A stretch of DNA of 64,000 nucleotides, taken from NCBI RefSeq assembly GCF_964204645.1, contig NC_134030.1, positions 15,500,110 to 15,564,109 on the forward strand. The letters are read 5' to 3'. Every line of letters starts with the position of its first letter. Position 1 is the first letter of the stretch. The position numbers and the translations under genes are program-made. This DNA comes from Tubulanus polymorphus. Lineage: Eukaryota > Animalia > Nemertea. Below are positions 23,841 through 35,774 of the stretch, one piece after another. The notes beneath the pieces were generated by a model. That model saw only the letters and a list, made by a program, of their open reading frames with translations, did no database searches and was not told the DNA's origin.

Positions 23841-24964
23841 AAAATAAATATAATCCGACTTTTATGCCAAACCATAGTAATAAATGTACCGACTTTCTGT
23901 ATTTTAAACCTAGAATAAGGGTACTGGCTTGGTAATATGACATAATTAGATGTGATGATATTTTCTACTGAATATGCTAAGACTTACCGAGGTTGGGGTT
24001 TCTTCAAAGCTACTACCATAGGTTAGACCTAAATCTTGGCTTGGTGTCCTGGTTACCGTTTGCTGGGGTTGTGGCGTCATAAACTAAAAATATAATCAGG
24101 TCTAATGAAAAATCAGGAAACCAAAAGTATTTAGATGAAAATCAAGGAAAATTAATATTAGGACCTACGTTTAAATCAATACAAAATCAAATAGGTTTGA
24201 AAACGGATAAGGCGCCACAGCTGATTTGTTCTTGAAAAGACTAGCATAATGTGAATAAAATCTAAGGAAATACTTACAGGATGAGATAGTTTAGCATTCG
24301 GAGTTTCCAGTACTTCGATTGTCTTCCCATTTGAGGTTGAAGTAGCATGATGTGAAGTGAAGAACGGTAATGATGACGATGTTGGCCTACTACATGATGA
24401 TGAAAGACAGGCTTTAACGGCTCAGAGTTCACTGACAATTCTGGTTGTTTCGAAGAGTCAGACTCCTAAAGTAAAATTGGAAATCATAATTTGGAACTAA
24501 TTATAACCCTGCTGTAATAGACGAAATCATTTCCCTGTTAGTGGCGAGGAAAACACATCATAGGCCTTTTTGTCAATGCACCAACCAGCTGTTGTTTGTG
24601 TTTTACACAGACTAGTGAGACTACGAACGCACAACATCAATCGAACATCACGCATAATCAACGTATCTATTCAACTCGAAACCGTCATTTTTTTCAAACT
24701 AAGGTTAATAGAACCACAAATTTCATAGAAATATAAAAACAACATACCATTGTTCGCATAACAAAGAAGTTTATGGGACCATTCATCGAAGCGACAATAG
24801 CCGATTTGCTATAGGCTAAATTCTATACAGTATTCTATTCAGTATGCCCTTCCTTTACGTCATACTTTCAACAGAAGCCGACTGAGGGCGCTCATTTCCG
24901 GGTACACGTATAGGATCGTCAAACATGATCAATAGATATGTCAAATCCGACAGTTCACGAACAG

Positions 24965-25170
24965 TATATTAAGTTGCCATTTAAAACTAATGCAGTAATC
25001 AATGTACAAAATGAAGATAATAAATGTCTTTTTATGGTCAATTATTAGTTGTTTACATCCTGCAACTGATAATATTTCTAGAGTATCAAATTATCTACCA
25101 TTTGAAAATAATTATAAGATAGATAGGTATCCTGTTAGAAATTAACAAATACCAAAAATAGAAAGAGAAT
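24965..25170 (+). pseudogene. Second pPolB fragment
   Basis: YIKLPFKTNAVINVQNEDNKC..IISCLHP..PFENNYKID, a diverged copy of ~5905-6110. Confidence 0.85.
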
Positions 25171-25639
25171 ATAGCTGCAAAGCAGCGATAACGGATTTTC
25201 TGTACAGTCTTAGAATCCTGTTAAACGTTTAACACAGATTATGAAGAGGAAGGTTGACAAACAGTTACAATTACACCTACTAGAAACCATGGACAACTGG
25301 ACCAGATGGCCCTATTTGACTCTTGACAATCGACTGTTAGGCCATAATTTCTCTTTATGGATTACGACAAAGCATTTGATAAGGTACAACATCAGCCATT
25401 ACTAAACAGGCTATTAAGAAACAGTATCAATAAGTCACTCAAATGGCTCAGCAGTTATATCTGAACGAAAACTTGTGGCCGAAATCAACGGAACGCCTCA
25501 TTTTGGAATAAGTCAGTCTAACTAGTGTAGTCACGCAATGTAGTATCATAAGTCGTCTTCTCTTTCATATCCTGATAAATGACAGACACAGTAATCCAAA
25601 ATATACCGGACCGAGTAAATTTCCAAAACAACCATAAAA

Positions 25640-26110
25640 CGCTGTTCGACCAAAAAACTTAATGTTCCAACAAGAAAATCTTGTTCGAATGAAAACAATT
25701 CTGTTTGATCCAACAATACGATTATTGTTTGAACCAAAACTTTTCTTCATTCTGACAAAAAAATGTGTTCGAATAAAAAGCTATGTTATTGTTGAAATGA
25801 AAAACTTTTTGTCTCGGCGATTGAACGAAATACTTAATACTTTTGGTTCGGAGAAAAAACTTGCTACGATATACTTGTTCGAACGAAAAACTTAATGTTC
25901 TGACAAGAAAATTCTGTTCAAATTAAAACAATTCTGTTCGATCAAATGATTGTTCGAACGAAAAACCTTTCGTTTGGACAAAAAAAGTTTCTAACGATTC
26001 TAACGATTTTTTCAAATTGGTTCAATCGAACAGAATATTATTGGTTCTAACGAAATGAAATTTGTTCCGACGAAAGAATTTTCAATCGAAAGGTCTTTTG
26101 AACGAAAAAA
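25640..26110. repeat. Degenerate tgttcgaacgaaaaac-type repeats
   Basis: Recurring gttcga/gaacgaaaa motif. Confidence 0.6.
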
Positions 26111-26141
26111 AAGACATTTCTGGGGCTCCGCAGTAACTTAA

Positions 26142-26477
26142 GGTCGGATGTAGGTTGGCCTTGCGACGATATGCCATCTTCGCGTTGCATCACAAGTTTC
26201 GGTGCAAGTCGGTTGAAATACGATTGTCAGCGACTGTGTGCGACTAGTTTCTGCCAGTCGCAAGAGCGTGTATGTCGGTTGTGACTGTCGTGTCGCGTCA
26301 CAGAAAGTAGAACACGTGCGACTCCTTGTGACTGGCGTTGCTGACAGTCGCAACCCGTTGCTCCGTCACAAGGGAGCATAGGTCGATGAGTCGTTGCGAC
26401 ACTTCGTCGCTGGCGGTCACAGTGAATGGCGTCGCAGTGCGTTGCAAGCCGTCGCAAGGCCGACCTATGCCTGCGGC
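26142..26477. mobile_element. MITE (Harbinger/Tourist-like) with internal gtcgca/tgcgac repeats
   Basis: TTAA on both flanks; inverted taggt(t/c)ggccttgcgacg ends. Confidence 0.72.
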
Positions 26478-27099
26478 TTAAGTAATTAGGAATCAATGAA
26501 ATACCAGTTTCATTTATGATGAAAAAACTCAAATGAAAAGACTGATTTATAAAGCTGTCTGCTCAGAAGAAATTTTCAAAAAAATCTTCATTTTTGCCAA
26601 TAAAATTGATAATTGTGATTGATCGTTGCAGGTCAGAACCAGTTAATCACTAATTAACATGCATTTTAATAAATCTGATTCCTCCTTTACAGTGAACTTA
26701 GCTTCAACCTAGTATAGGCTACTAGCCTATGAAGGCCTATGTATATGCGTAGGCCTAACATCTGGACAGATTGGTCGCAGGCCTATTGAATAACATCCCT
26801 CAATCCTAAATATCGTGAATTTTGTTTTGAAGTTCAATCCAATGAGTCCGTTAATAAACGCAACAATTATACTGTGTTTGTAGAATTTCTTATTAAATCA
26901 GTATTTTTTTTACATCATAAGTTTCTATATTTCTTGTTGTTTCAAAATCAAATGTTGTTTCATAAAAAAATGTAGTACTTCTAATATGTGTTATTACATC
27001 ACTTTTTTCAAATTCCACTCCTTGTTCACGTTTAAAACCAAATCTAAAACATATACTCAGTCCAACAGTTATATTCATATTTATATAGTGAAAAATTTA

Positions 27100-27660
27100 T
27101 TATCTTATAACTAATTCATAAATTTCAGAAAAATTATTTAAATCAATTAAATTTCCATTGTTATTTCTTATTTCTAACGTAGAATTATTAAAACGTGGAT
27201 TGCAAGGTTTAAAATCACATTCAGATAAATCAAAATTTATTTGTGCTCCAAATGGTTTCACATTTTTTAATGCTAAATTATTTAATACTAGAAATGCAAG
27301 TTGTACTTTTATTCGCTTCAAATGTTTTTGTAGGATCAATTTAATTACAATAAATATAAGAACGTGTAACAGGTATTAAATTTGAGCTACCTTCTGCGTT
27401 TCCAGTAACAGTATCTGGTTTAATTCCTAACATTTTAGCTATTGGTTTTCTTACCAAAAATGGCATGTCCATTTTCATCATGTACCTTTATTTTGATTTT
27501 ATTTGAACTATCACTTTTTATAAATCTAATTAAAGATTTATGTTCACATAATTTGTATCCGTGCTCTTCTATTAATTTCTTGAGCTAAATTTTCCAAATT
27601 ATATAATCCTGGTTTTAAAAGTAAAATAAACCATTCACTTATATTTCTAATATGAATCAT
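27100..27660 (-). pseudogene. Polinton minor capsid (penton)-like relic
   Basis: LKPGLYNLENL.., KMLGI, YIYCN and C-terminal IRNNNGNLIDLNN..YELVI, the pattern of single jelly-roll penton proteins. An adjacent small ORF at 26893-27078 has the same composition. Confidence 0.55.
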
Positions 27661-28409
27661 AAAAGAACAATTATCCTTTTTGACTGACGCAGAGACCAAT
27701 CTCAAGGTCGTCGGGTAATTTCGCTCCCGGCAGGTGTGGTGGGTCTGTAAGGGAAACTAAAAAAATCAAACGAAATTTACCAAACAAATAAATAACAGGG
27801 ACAATCCCTGTTTTGAGATTTTTAAAAATTATGAATTGAGGGATTAGGAATAAACGAATGGCGAATCCTTTATCTAGTTCAGTGTCTGTATTTTCGTCGC
27901 GAGATCAATTCGACGAAAACATTTAAAATACTAGCACACGTATTCAGAGCGCTATAACGCTCACCACAATGATCAGAGTATTTATTGCTGATAAGAGTAA
28001 TAGGGATAATAGGCTTTCATACCAAAGGTCGAAAGGTCGAGCTCGTAAAAAAATGAAAATAAAAATAATTTACAGTTGAATTAGTCGCGCACACTCCTAA
28101 TTCAACTGTAAATGAACATAATTTACATGAATTTCATATATTTTAAAATCATTTATTCGTTAATTACAAAAGTGTGAGTAAAGTGTGAGTAATAATTCAT
28201 ATTTTAACAGATTTCGAGTAAAAATATAAGTAAAATAAATGGATAACTAAAAGAGTATAAAAGTGTGAGTAAAGTGTGAGTGAAATAGTTTATATTTTAA
28301 ACATATTTCAATATTTATATTTGTACGAGTTAGATTTTTAAACATTAAAAGTGTCAGTAAAGTGTGATTGAAATAATTCATATTTAAAACATTGAATATT
28401 TATATTTGA

Positions 28410-29060
28410 ATGAGTTTTAATAAAAATTTTGTTATAAAAATGAAGAAAGAAGAAGAAGAACCCGACTTTAAAATCGAAATCAATGAAACCAATAAATCAT
28501 TTTCACAGTTTTACATTAAAAATTATATTTCAGCAACAAATTTAGTGTCCGCAAGACATTATAAAATCGATAACATAACTATGATTAATCAAATATTATC
28601 AAATGAAACATATTTAATTACCGAACTAGTAGATACTTTTGATAATGGCGTTAAAAATCCTAAAATGTTCAATACAGTTTTTAATTTTAAAGGAACTTTA
28701 GATGAAAACATAATTAATATTCTTAAAACTCCTTTCAATGAAAGAAATGATGATATAATACTTTCAAAAGATTACAATGATTTGATTAATTTAAGAATTG
28801 AAAAAAGACAATTATATTATTTCAATTTTGATAATAAACAAATTATCTATAATGAAAATTCATCAAATATTGGCATTCAATGTGAATTAGATAATGAAAA
28901 ATCATTTAAAGATATTGCAGTTCAATGTAATTTAGATGATGAATTTAGAAAATTCAATCCAAATGAAAAAGTGCATTGTTATTGCGGAGGTAAATATTTA
29001 AAATCACATAAATCAAAGCATTATGAAACAATTAAACATAAAAACTGGTGTAAAGAGTAA
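28410..29060 (+). CDS. Uncharacterised 216-aa protein with C-terminal CxC..H..H zinc finger
   Basis: Open ORF with CYCGGKYLKSHKSKHYETIKH. Homologues at ~36210-36660 (+) and ~37990-38620 (-). Confidence 0.65.
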   Translation: MSFNKNFVIKMKKEEEEPDFKIEINETNKSFSQFYIKNYISATNLVSARHYKIDNITMINQILSNETYLITELVDTFDNGVKNPKMFNTVFNFKGTLDENIINILKTPFNERNDDIILSKDYNDLINLRIEKRQLYYFNFDNKQIIYNENSSNIGIQCELDNEKSFKDIAVQCNLDDEFRKFNPNEKVHCYCGGKYLKSHKSKHYETIKHKNWCKE

Positions 29061-29111
29061 CAATTCTACATTATAATTATTGAATTGAGTAAAATGATTT
29101 AAATATCTAAT

Positions 29112-29570
29112 AGACTGTTAAAATGATAAATTGTTTGACAGTTGAAATGATAAATTGTTTGACAGTTGAAATGATAAGACAGTTGAAATGATAAATTGTT
29201 CGACTGTTGAAATGATAAGACAGTTGAAATGATAAATTGTTTGATAGTTGAAATGATAAATTGTTTGACAGTTGAAATGATAAATTGTTTGGCAGTTGAA
29301 ATGATACGACAGCTGAAATGATAAATTGTTTGACAGTTGAAATGATAAATTGTTTGACAGTTGAAATGATAAATTGTTTGACAGTTGAAATGATAAATTG
29401 TTTGACAGTTGAAATGATAAGACAGTTGAAATGATAAATTGTTTGACAGTTGTAATGATAAATTGTTTGACAGTTGAAGTGATAAATTGTTTGACAGTTG
29501 AAATGATAAATTGTTTGACAGTTGAAATGATAAATTGTTTGACAGTTGAAATGATAAATTGTTTGGCTGT
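29112..29570 (+). repeat. 24-bp tandem array (tgacagttgaaatgataaattgtt) with shorter variants
   Basis: Directly visible. Confidence 0.95.
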
Positions 29571-29689
29571 AAATTTAATTGTTATTTGATTTAATCATTT
29601 AAAAGTTTTATATTTTTAAAATGATTATAAAATATTTAATTAAAAACTAGCAAATATTTTATAAACTGTTTAATTTTTCTCTTAAATAA

Positions 29690-29903
29690 ATGGATGGTTT
29701 CATCCCAACTGGGAAAAGAAAAACATTATTTAGTAGCAGGTGGATTAATATTGGCTGCGCTTTTCTTTTATTATGAAAATATCAGTAAGGATTTGATTAA
29801 TGAAAATATAAAATTGAGCAAGAAATTAAAGAAGTTAAATGGAAACAATCACAGAAATAAGAAGAATAAAAAAGTTAATGATTTAAATGATTTGGAGGAT
29901 TAA
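29690..29903 (+). CDS. Small single-TM protein (left-arm copy, small deletion near the start)
   Basis: KHYLVAGGLILAALFFYY plus a basic tail; mirrored at 30737-30928. Confidence 0.5.
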
Positions 29904-29950
29904 AACAACATCTTTTAATTTAATTTATTCTATATATTTTGTCTATAAAA

Positions 29951-30256
29951 ATGAGTGAAAATAAGGTATTAGAAATATTACATCTAATATATAAAAATCA
30001 ACAGAATATTAAATCAATTATTATGATTTCAGGTTTATTTTCATTCTCAGTTTATACTATAAAACAGTTTTTAGAATTCTATGATTGCTGTAAAATTAGA
30101 TACACTGAATTAATAGAAAATATGAATTATATTTCAGATAGATTGAATAATATTAAATGCTGTGAAATATGCAATAAAAGATATAAAAATAAAAAATCAT
30201 TAAGGAATCACATGTATCTTCACGAACTTGATGAAAAATTATATGAATCAAAATAA
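29951..30256 (+). CDS. Small protein with hydrophobic segment and C2H2 zinc finger
   Basis: CEICNKRYKNKKSLRNHMYLH. Confidence 0.6.
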   Translation: MSENKVLEILHLIYKNQQNIKSIIMISGLFSFSVYTIKQFLEFYDCCKIRYTELIENMNYISDRLNNIKCCEICNKRYKNKKSLRNHMYLHELDEKLYESK

Positions 30257-30736
30257 GAAATCGACTGTTAAATTAGCTGAAAATATAAAATATATTGGTT
30301 GAAATGTATGAAAATGAGTAAATTATATCATACGTTAAAAAAGGAGGGTTGAGGTATCAATGTATTAAATACGTATTAGATACGTATCAAATACGTATTA
30401 ATGGTATTAAATACGTATTAATGGTATTAAATACATATTATGCTTTATTTCTGAAAATGAAGTAACAGAAGTAATTCATGTTTTAATTCATTCAAGTATG
30501 ATATTCTAAATTCTTTACATTTGACTAGGATAATACAAGAGTGATATTAGTTAGTTGGCTTATTCAATTAGAGAAACAATGAAATAATACAAGAGTGATA
30601 CTAACAGTTAAAGTTATTGAATTTCTTGTTAAATCTATTTGAATTCTAGTCAATTCTTGTTAACCAATAGCGCGAATAGAAATCAAAAAGATTTAAATAA
30701 AAAAACAATAAGTTACTTTATCTAATACTAACTTAT

Positions 30737-30928
30737 TTAACTTATTGTTTTTTTATTTCTGTGATTGTTTCCATTTAACTTCTTTAATTTCTTGCTCAAT
30801 TTTATATTTTCATTAATCAAATCCTTACTGATATTTTCATAATAAAAGAAAAGCGCAGCCAATATTAATCCACCTGCTACTAAATAATGTTTCAAATCAC
30901 TTTTCCCAGTTGGGATGAAACCATCCAT
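30737..30928 (-). CDS. Small single-TM protein (right-arm copy)
   Basis: MDGFIPTGKSDLKHYLVAGGLILAALFFYY with a TAAATG start. A homologue lies at ~36720-36895 (-). Confidence 0.55.
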   Translation of the reverse strand: MDGFIPTGKSDLKHYLVAGGLILAALFFYYENISKDLINENIKLSKKLKKLNGNNHRNKKTIS

Positions 30929-31047
30929 TTATTTAAGAGGAAAATTAAACAGTTTATAAAATATTTGCTAGTTTTTAATTAAATATTTTATAATCATTTT
31001 AAAAATATTAAACTTTTAAATGATTAAATCAAATAAGAATTAAATTT

Positions 31048-31663
31048 ACAGCCAAACAATTTATCATTTCAACTGTCAAACAATTTATCATTTCAACAGT
31101 CGAACAATTTATCATTTCAACTGTCAAACAATTTATCATTTCAACTGACAAACAATTTATCATTTCAGCTGTCTTATCATTTCAACTGTCAAACAATTTA
31201 TCATTTCAACTGTCAAACAATTTATCATTTCAACTGTCAAACAATTTATCACTTCAACTGTCAAACAATTTATCATTTCAGCTGTCTTATCATTTCAACT
31301 GTCAAACAATTTATCATTTCAGCTGTCTTATCATTTCAACTGTCAAACAATTTATCATTTCAACTGTCAAACAATTTATCATTTCAACTGTCAAACAATT
31401 TATCATTTCAGCTGTCTTATCATTTCAACTGCCAAACAATTTATCATTTCAACTGTCAAACAATTTATCATTTCAACTGTCAAACAATTTATCATTTCAA
31501 CTGTCAAACAATTTAACATTTCAACTGTTAAACAATTTATCATTTCAACTGTCAAACAATTTATCATTTCAACTGTCAAACAATTTATCATTTCAACTGT
31601 CAAACAATTTATCATTTCAACTGTCAAACAATTTATCATTTCAACTGTCAAACAATTTATCAA
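31048..31663 (-). repeat. Inverted copy of the 24-bp array
   Basis: Reverse complement of the 29112-29570 unit, with a different copy number. Confidence 0.95.
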
Positions 31664-32049
31664 ATTATCAAAAATATGAATTATTACTCACACTTTACTC
31701 ACACTTTTGTTATTAACGTTAATGATTTTAAAATATATGAAATTCATGTAAATTATGTTCATTTACAGTTGAATTAGGAGTGTGCGCGACTAATTCAACT
31801 GTAAATTATTATTATTTTCATTTTTTTACGAGCTCGACCTTTCGACCTTTGGTATGAAAGCCTATTATCCCTATTACTGATAAGTAGTCGAATCTGAGTG
31901 AAGATAGATTTTTGTTAAAAATAAATTGGATAAAAAATAATCGCGACGATTACAAGAGGGTTTTCTGTGAAACAACAGAAAAGCCTAATTTAGATAGATA
32001 TTCAATTGATACGAAAAAATTCCAGGAGCCCAGAGATGCATATGGGTTG

Positions 32050-32872
32050 CGGTGTTATCGCAGAATCACGGAATCGCAGAATTTTCCAAAAGCATGGAAT
32101 TTCTTCATTTTCACTGCCGGGTATGTAAACATCGGTTATCGAAGTTAATTGCGATCTAGGTAGATCCGTATATTATCAGTTTGGGGATTGAGCACAGATG
32201 CTCTAGGTCTGGCCGTAGTTTTAGATGGTTGCAAACATATAATGTGCTCCAACCAAACATGTACCGGTTCGTTGAAAATTATTTACATATAAACCGCCAT
32301 CAAGTACCGACAACACGTTTTTTAAGACCCAAGGAATCAACACGAGTAGCAACAGTAAAACAGCTTTCTCTTAAAAAAGAAGCCATTTTATAATCTTACA
32401 TACCATTCAACTGTTACAGGCACTTCTAGAAACACCAAACTCGCATAAATAATTCACAATTAAGATGCACGCCACGCATGAAAAATCATGGGATATTTCT
32501 CTTGATTGTTTGAATACATACCTCAGTTTGGTCTTAATAACACTAGTGAAATAGTGCAGTCCAAATAAACCATCAGTTTCATATCCATTTTACAATGCAG
32601 CATAAACTAAATTATCTTAAGTCGCCTCACCCGACTCACAGCCTTGGGTACAGGCCCGATACTATGTGGGGTCAGCGGTCAATGGTAAATTTAGTGCCTA
32701 GGTTCTCCATTTTCTCGTTGGGAAGAATCCTTAATTTGTTGAGTGACGGTAATAATGAATTATCACATAGGCCTACCGGGTACCGGTAATGAAAACATGA
32801 GTCCGGTACCCTGAAGAATGAAGAAATTCCGTGTTTTTTTTAATTCCGTGATTTTGTGATATGACAACACCG
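32050..32872. mobile_element. Older, inverted relative of the 11861-12885 MITE
   Basis: Ends cggtgtt.. / ..atatgacaacaccg. Shares internal gtttagatggttgcaaacat and aatggagaacctaggca in the opposite orientation. No TSD is left. Confidence 0.75.
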
Positions 32873-33866
32873 ATTAATGCTGGTATTGTATGTACACGTG
32901 TTCCGTGTTCCATAGCGAGTATAATATATATTATATTATAATATATATTATGTAGGGGCAGACAGGCAGACTTGTAGACAGACAGACATACAGACGGATT
33001 TGCTCGAAAGATAGATAATAAATATTACAGCACGCACCTATGCATGCGACGCTGGGCATATAGGCGAACTATGGGGAAGCAGTACAGTGCTGAGAATTTT
33101 GCTAAGTGTACTTTAATATCTCCCTAGAAGCCGATTGAAATATGTACCATCACCTTGGCCGACTGAGCCGATTTAAACAACTCGTTTATTCTCTTAGTCT
33201 GCAATGGGGTAGACCCCTGCCTTCCTGCACAATTTCAAAGGTATATAACAATCTGGTATCGCGATATAACAGAAAATACATGCAGCTTACTAAATATGAG
33301 ATGCATTTCCATTCCATAGACTTTATCTCAGCAATACCGGCTGTTAGCTGCCAATATCTACCGAAACTGAACAATAGAAAAAACGGAATGAGGTCAAAAT
33401 CATGAATTGGGCGGAAACTAAACATTTTTTTAACGGAACGGTTTAGAACTAGTGTATACATATATCAATACATTTCTAGATGAAGTGTCAGTTAACCCTT
33501 TAACGCTTTGCCTTTAGTTTTGGGGTTAGGGGTTTTAGTGAAAATTAGGATTTGGGGTTGGAAGCTTTGATTATTTTGAGGAATTTTGACGTTTAGGCCA
33601 GTGGATATGGTAAATATGGCAGCCCGGGCATATCTACTTTATCTGCAAAATGCTCGCACAACGGGTGTTGAAAATATCATACTTTATATCATCTCCGTGT
33701 TTATATTATCTGGCGGCATTGGTTTAATTGCGGGATTGCCATCACAGCTGTCAAGCGATCCATTTTGTCCTACTCTCCCCTGTCAAGAAGTGTTTCCCAA
33801 CGATTCTCTTGTTTTCCCTACCTTTACCCCTACGATTCTTACCTCCTTTACCCCTACGATTCTTAC

Positions 33867-33993
33867 CTCCCTCGATGGAACCTACGGCCACACCTTGAAC
33901 GAAGAACATCATCGCAACCAGAATGAAGGAATCGCTCCACCCGCAAATAGCAGTGCTTGTAGCGCAAATCACTGATATAGCACACAATAATAG
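33867..33993 (-). CDS. MFSD4-like transporter exon 3
   Basis: ctttcAG|LLLCAISV...QGVAVGSIEG G|GTAAGA; 127 nt, phase 0 to 1. Confidence 0.85.
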
Positions 33994-35774
33994 CTGAAAG
34001 CGAAACATAATGGATTTGTTAGCGGAGCGATACCTGCCTTAACAGATGTGTACATGGCGTAATCTAATTGTCCAATGAGTTGATGAGCCAATGAGAAGAT
34101 GGGAAGATTGCCCAATATCTACAACAATGATTGCTCATCTCAATAATTCAGCGTGTTACATCATCTTATTTGTTGATTTCATTTGAATGACCTTCCAAAG
34201 AAAAAATGGCTACCACCGTAATCCTCCTTTATAGCATCATCAAATGCGTAATTTGATAAATCATTGAATGCCCCCGAAGTGAATGTTTATCTTTAATACA
34301 TATCCCGACGACAACAATGAAGAGAATGAGGTAAACGATTACCCAATGGCGTGTACTTTTTATATTGAAAAGATTGTTCCCTTCGTGAAACCGCAATATG
34401 ACTTCAAATTACACAGGCGTATAATCATCAAATGATACAACTTATCTTTACAAAATTGGTCTCGGATTTTTTTTTTTCGTATGAAATCAAATCTTTGTGA
34501 ATACAGTCACCAAAAAATGTTAATTTGTATGGATTTATGATGGCTAGACAATATGACTTAATTGCGCAAGTATAATTTCATTAGTTCTAAAAAAATAGTT
34601 CGGTACCTAGTTATATCCACATCACGACGCCGATATCGCATGCTCAATATTTGTTCATCTTTCATATGGAGTTTAAATGGACATTTATCCTTCCAAATCT
34701 AGATATTAGCCTAAAACAGCCTTTCCCATGAAAAATTTACCAAAATTGAAATCCCTGGTATCATCAATAATAATTACCTTTAGACTTGCCCAAGATTGAA
34801 AGTAAGACGTCTACTTTTAAAATGAGCTAATGTTTGTTAAATGTCCTTCATGAATGGCTGAGTATCCAGGGAGAAACATACTAGATAATAGGATGGGTAT
34901 ATCAAAACTGTGGGTAGTTGAGTGTTGAATGGGTAGTGTAGTGTGATTTGTATGCATTTGTGGCCAGCACACAGATCACAACGATCATAATTAGTGTAGG
35001 CAGAGGCAACATATGAAATGAGGTTATAAAATATTCAGTTTATTTCCAAACCACATTTTCCAATTCATGTCTTTGAAAGAATTGTATAATTCAGATTTCA
35101 TCTTTTATTTTCGATCACTCGTCATCGTACGAGATACTTATTTTCCATTTCATGCACGAGCGGGGAGGCCGATCGCATGTGCGATCATTTGAAGACTTTA
35201 CGACTATTCCTTTTGTTTGATCCTCAAAAAGGGTATGAGTTGTAATATACGAATGACAAACGTGGCAAAAAATAAATATTTCAAAATTTTTCATATGTTC
35301 AAAGACCCATCTTAACCACTGGAGGTCGCCCAATAAACACGTCGAAACACTAAATACACGATTGAAAATGCAAGTCAGATATTGATTTAATCACGTAGAA
35401 GTAAAATCGTAGAAAAGGTGCCCACGTTGGCGGGTTCGGTTAGGCTATTTGACGGTGTTTTGTTTGTAGGTTGAGAGCCGCGAACTGTATTTACAAACAG
35501 AATGGGGAGCATGTACACTGCAAACAAGATGGCGGAAACTCTTGTGAAAAAGTAGCGTCCAAGGCAACCTTCGCGGCCAAACATACTGATCGTAAACGTG
35601 CGATTCTTTATCGGCACTTTATAGCGGATAAATTTTGAATATGCACAAAAAATATGTATGATATTTGGCACTTATTACCAGTTTCAATGTTTCGCCATTC
35701 TCGCGAAGTTTTCAACAACACGGAAGTAACATGTGGTAAATCATGACTTGAATTGTATGACTACCTACCACCCC

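Larger units (their letters stand above)
19151..24912. mobile_element. ISL2EU-type (PIF/Harbinger-related) DNA transposon, decayed
   Basis: Convergent THAP-DDE transposase and SWIM/YqaJ genes. The ends are approximate (ccatacgcgtatcgaaa vs ttccgggtacacgtatagg). Confidence 0.82.
27996..31878. mobile_element. Non-autonomous palindromic mini-Polinton #1
   Basis: Ends AGTAATAGGGATAATAGGCTTTCATAC / its reverse complement. 6-bp TSD GATAAG at 27990-27995 and 31879-31884. The mirrored arms extend to ~29870/30745. Confidence 0.9.

Noticed and set aside
29112-31663. 24-bp arrays as CRISPR or as a coding (MINCLTVE)n protein
   Set aside because: They are head-to-tail repeats without spacers, and the ORF is a by-product.
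25170-33060. One HINE-like element (head ~25170, also at ~18846; (caga)n tail ~32960) enclosing the nested inserts
   Set aside because: The head and tail cannot be linked from this window alone.
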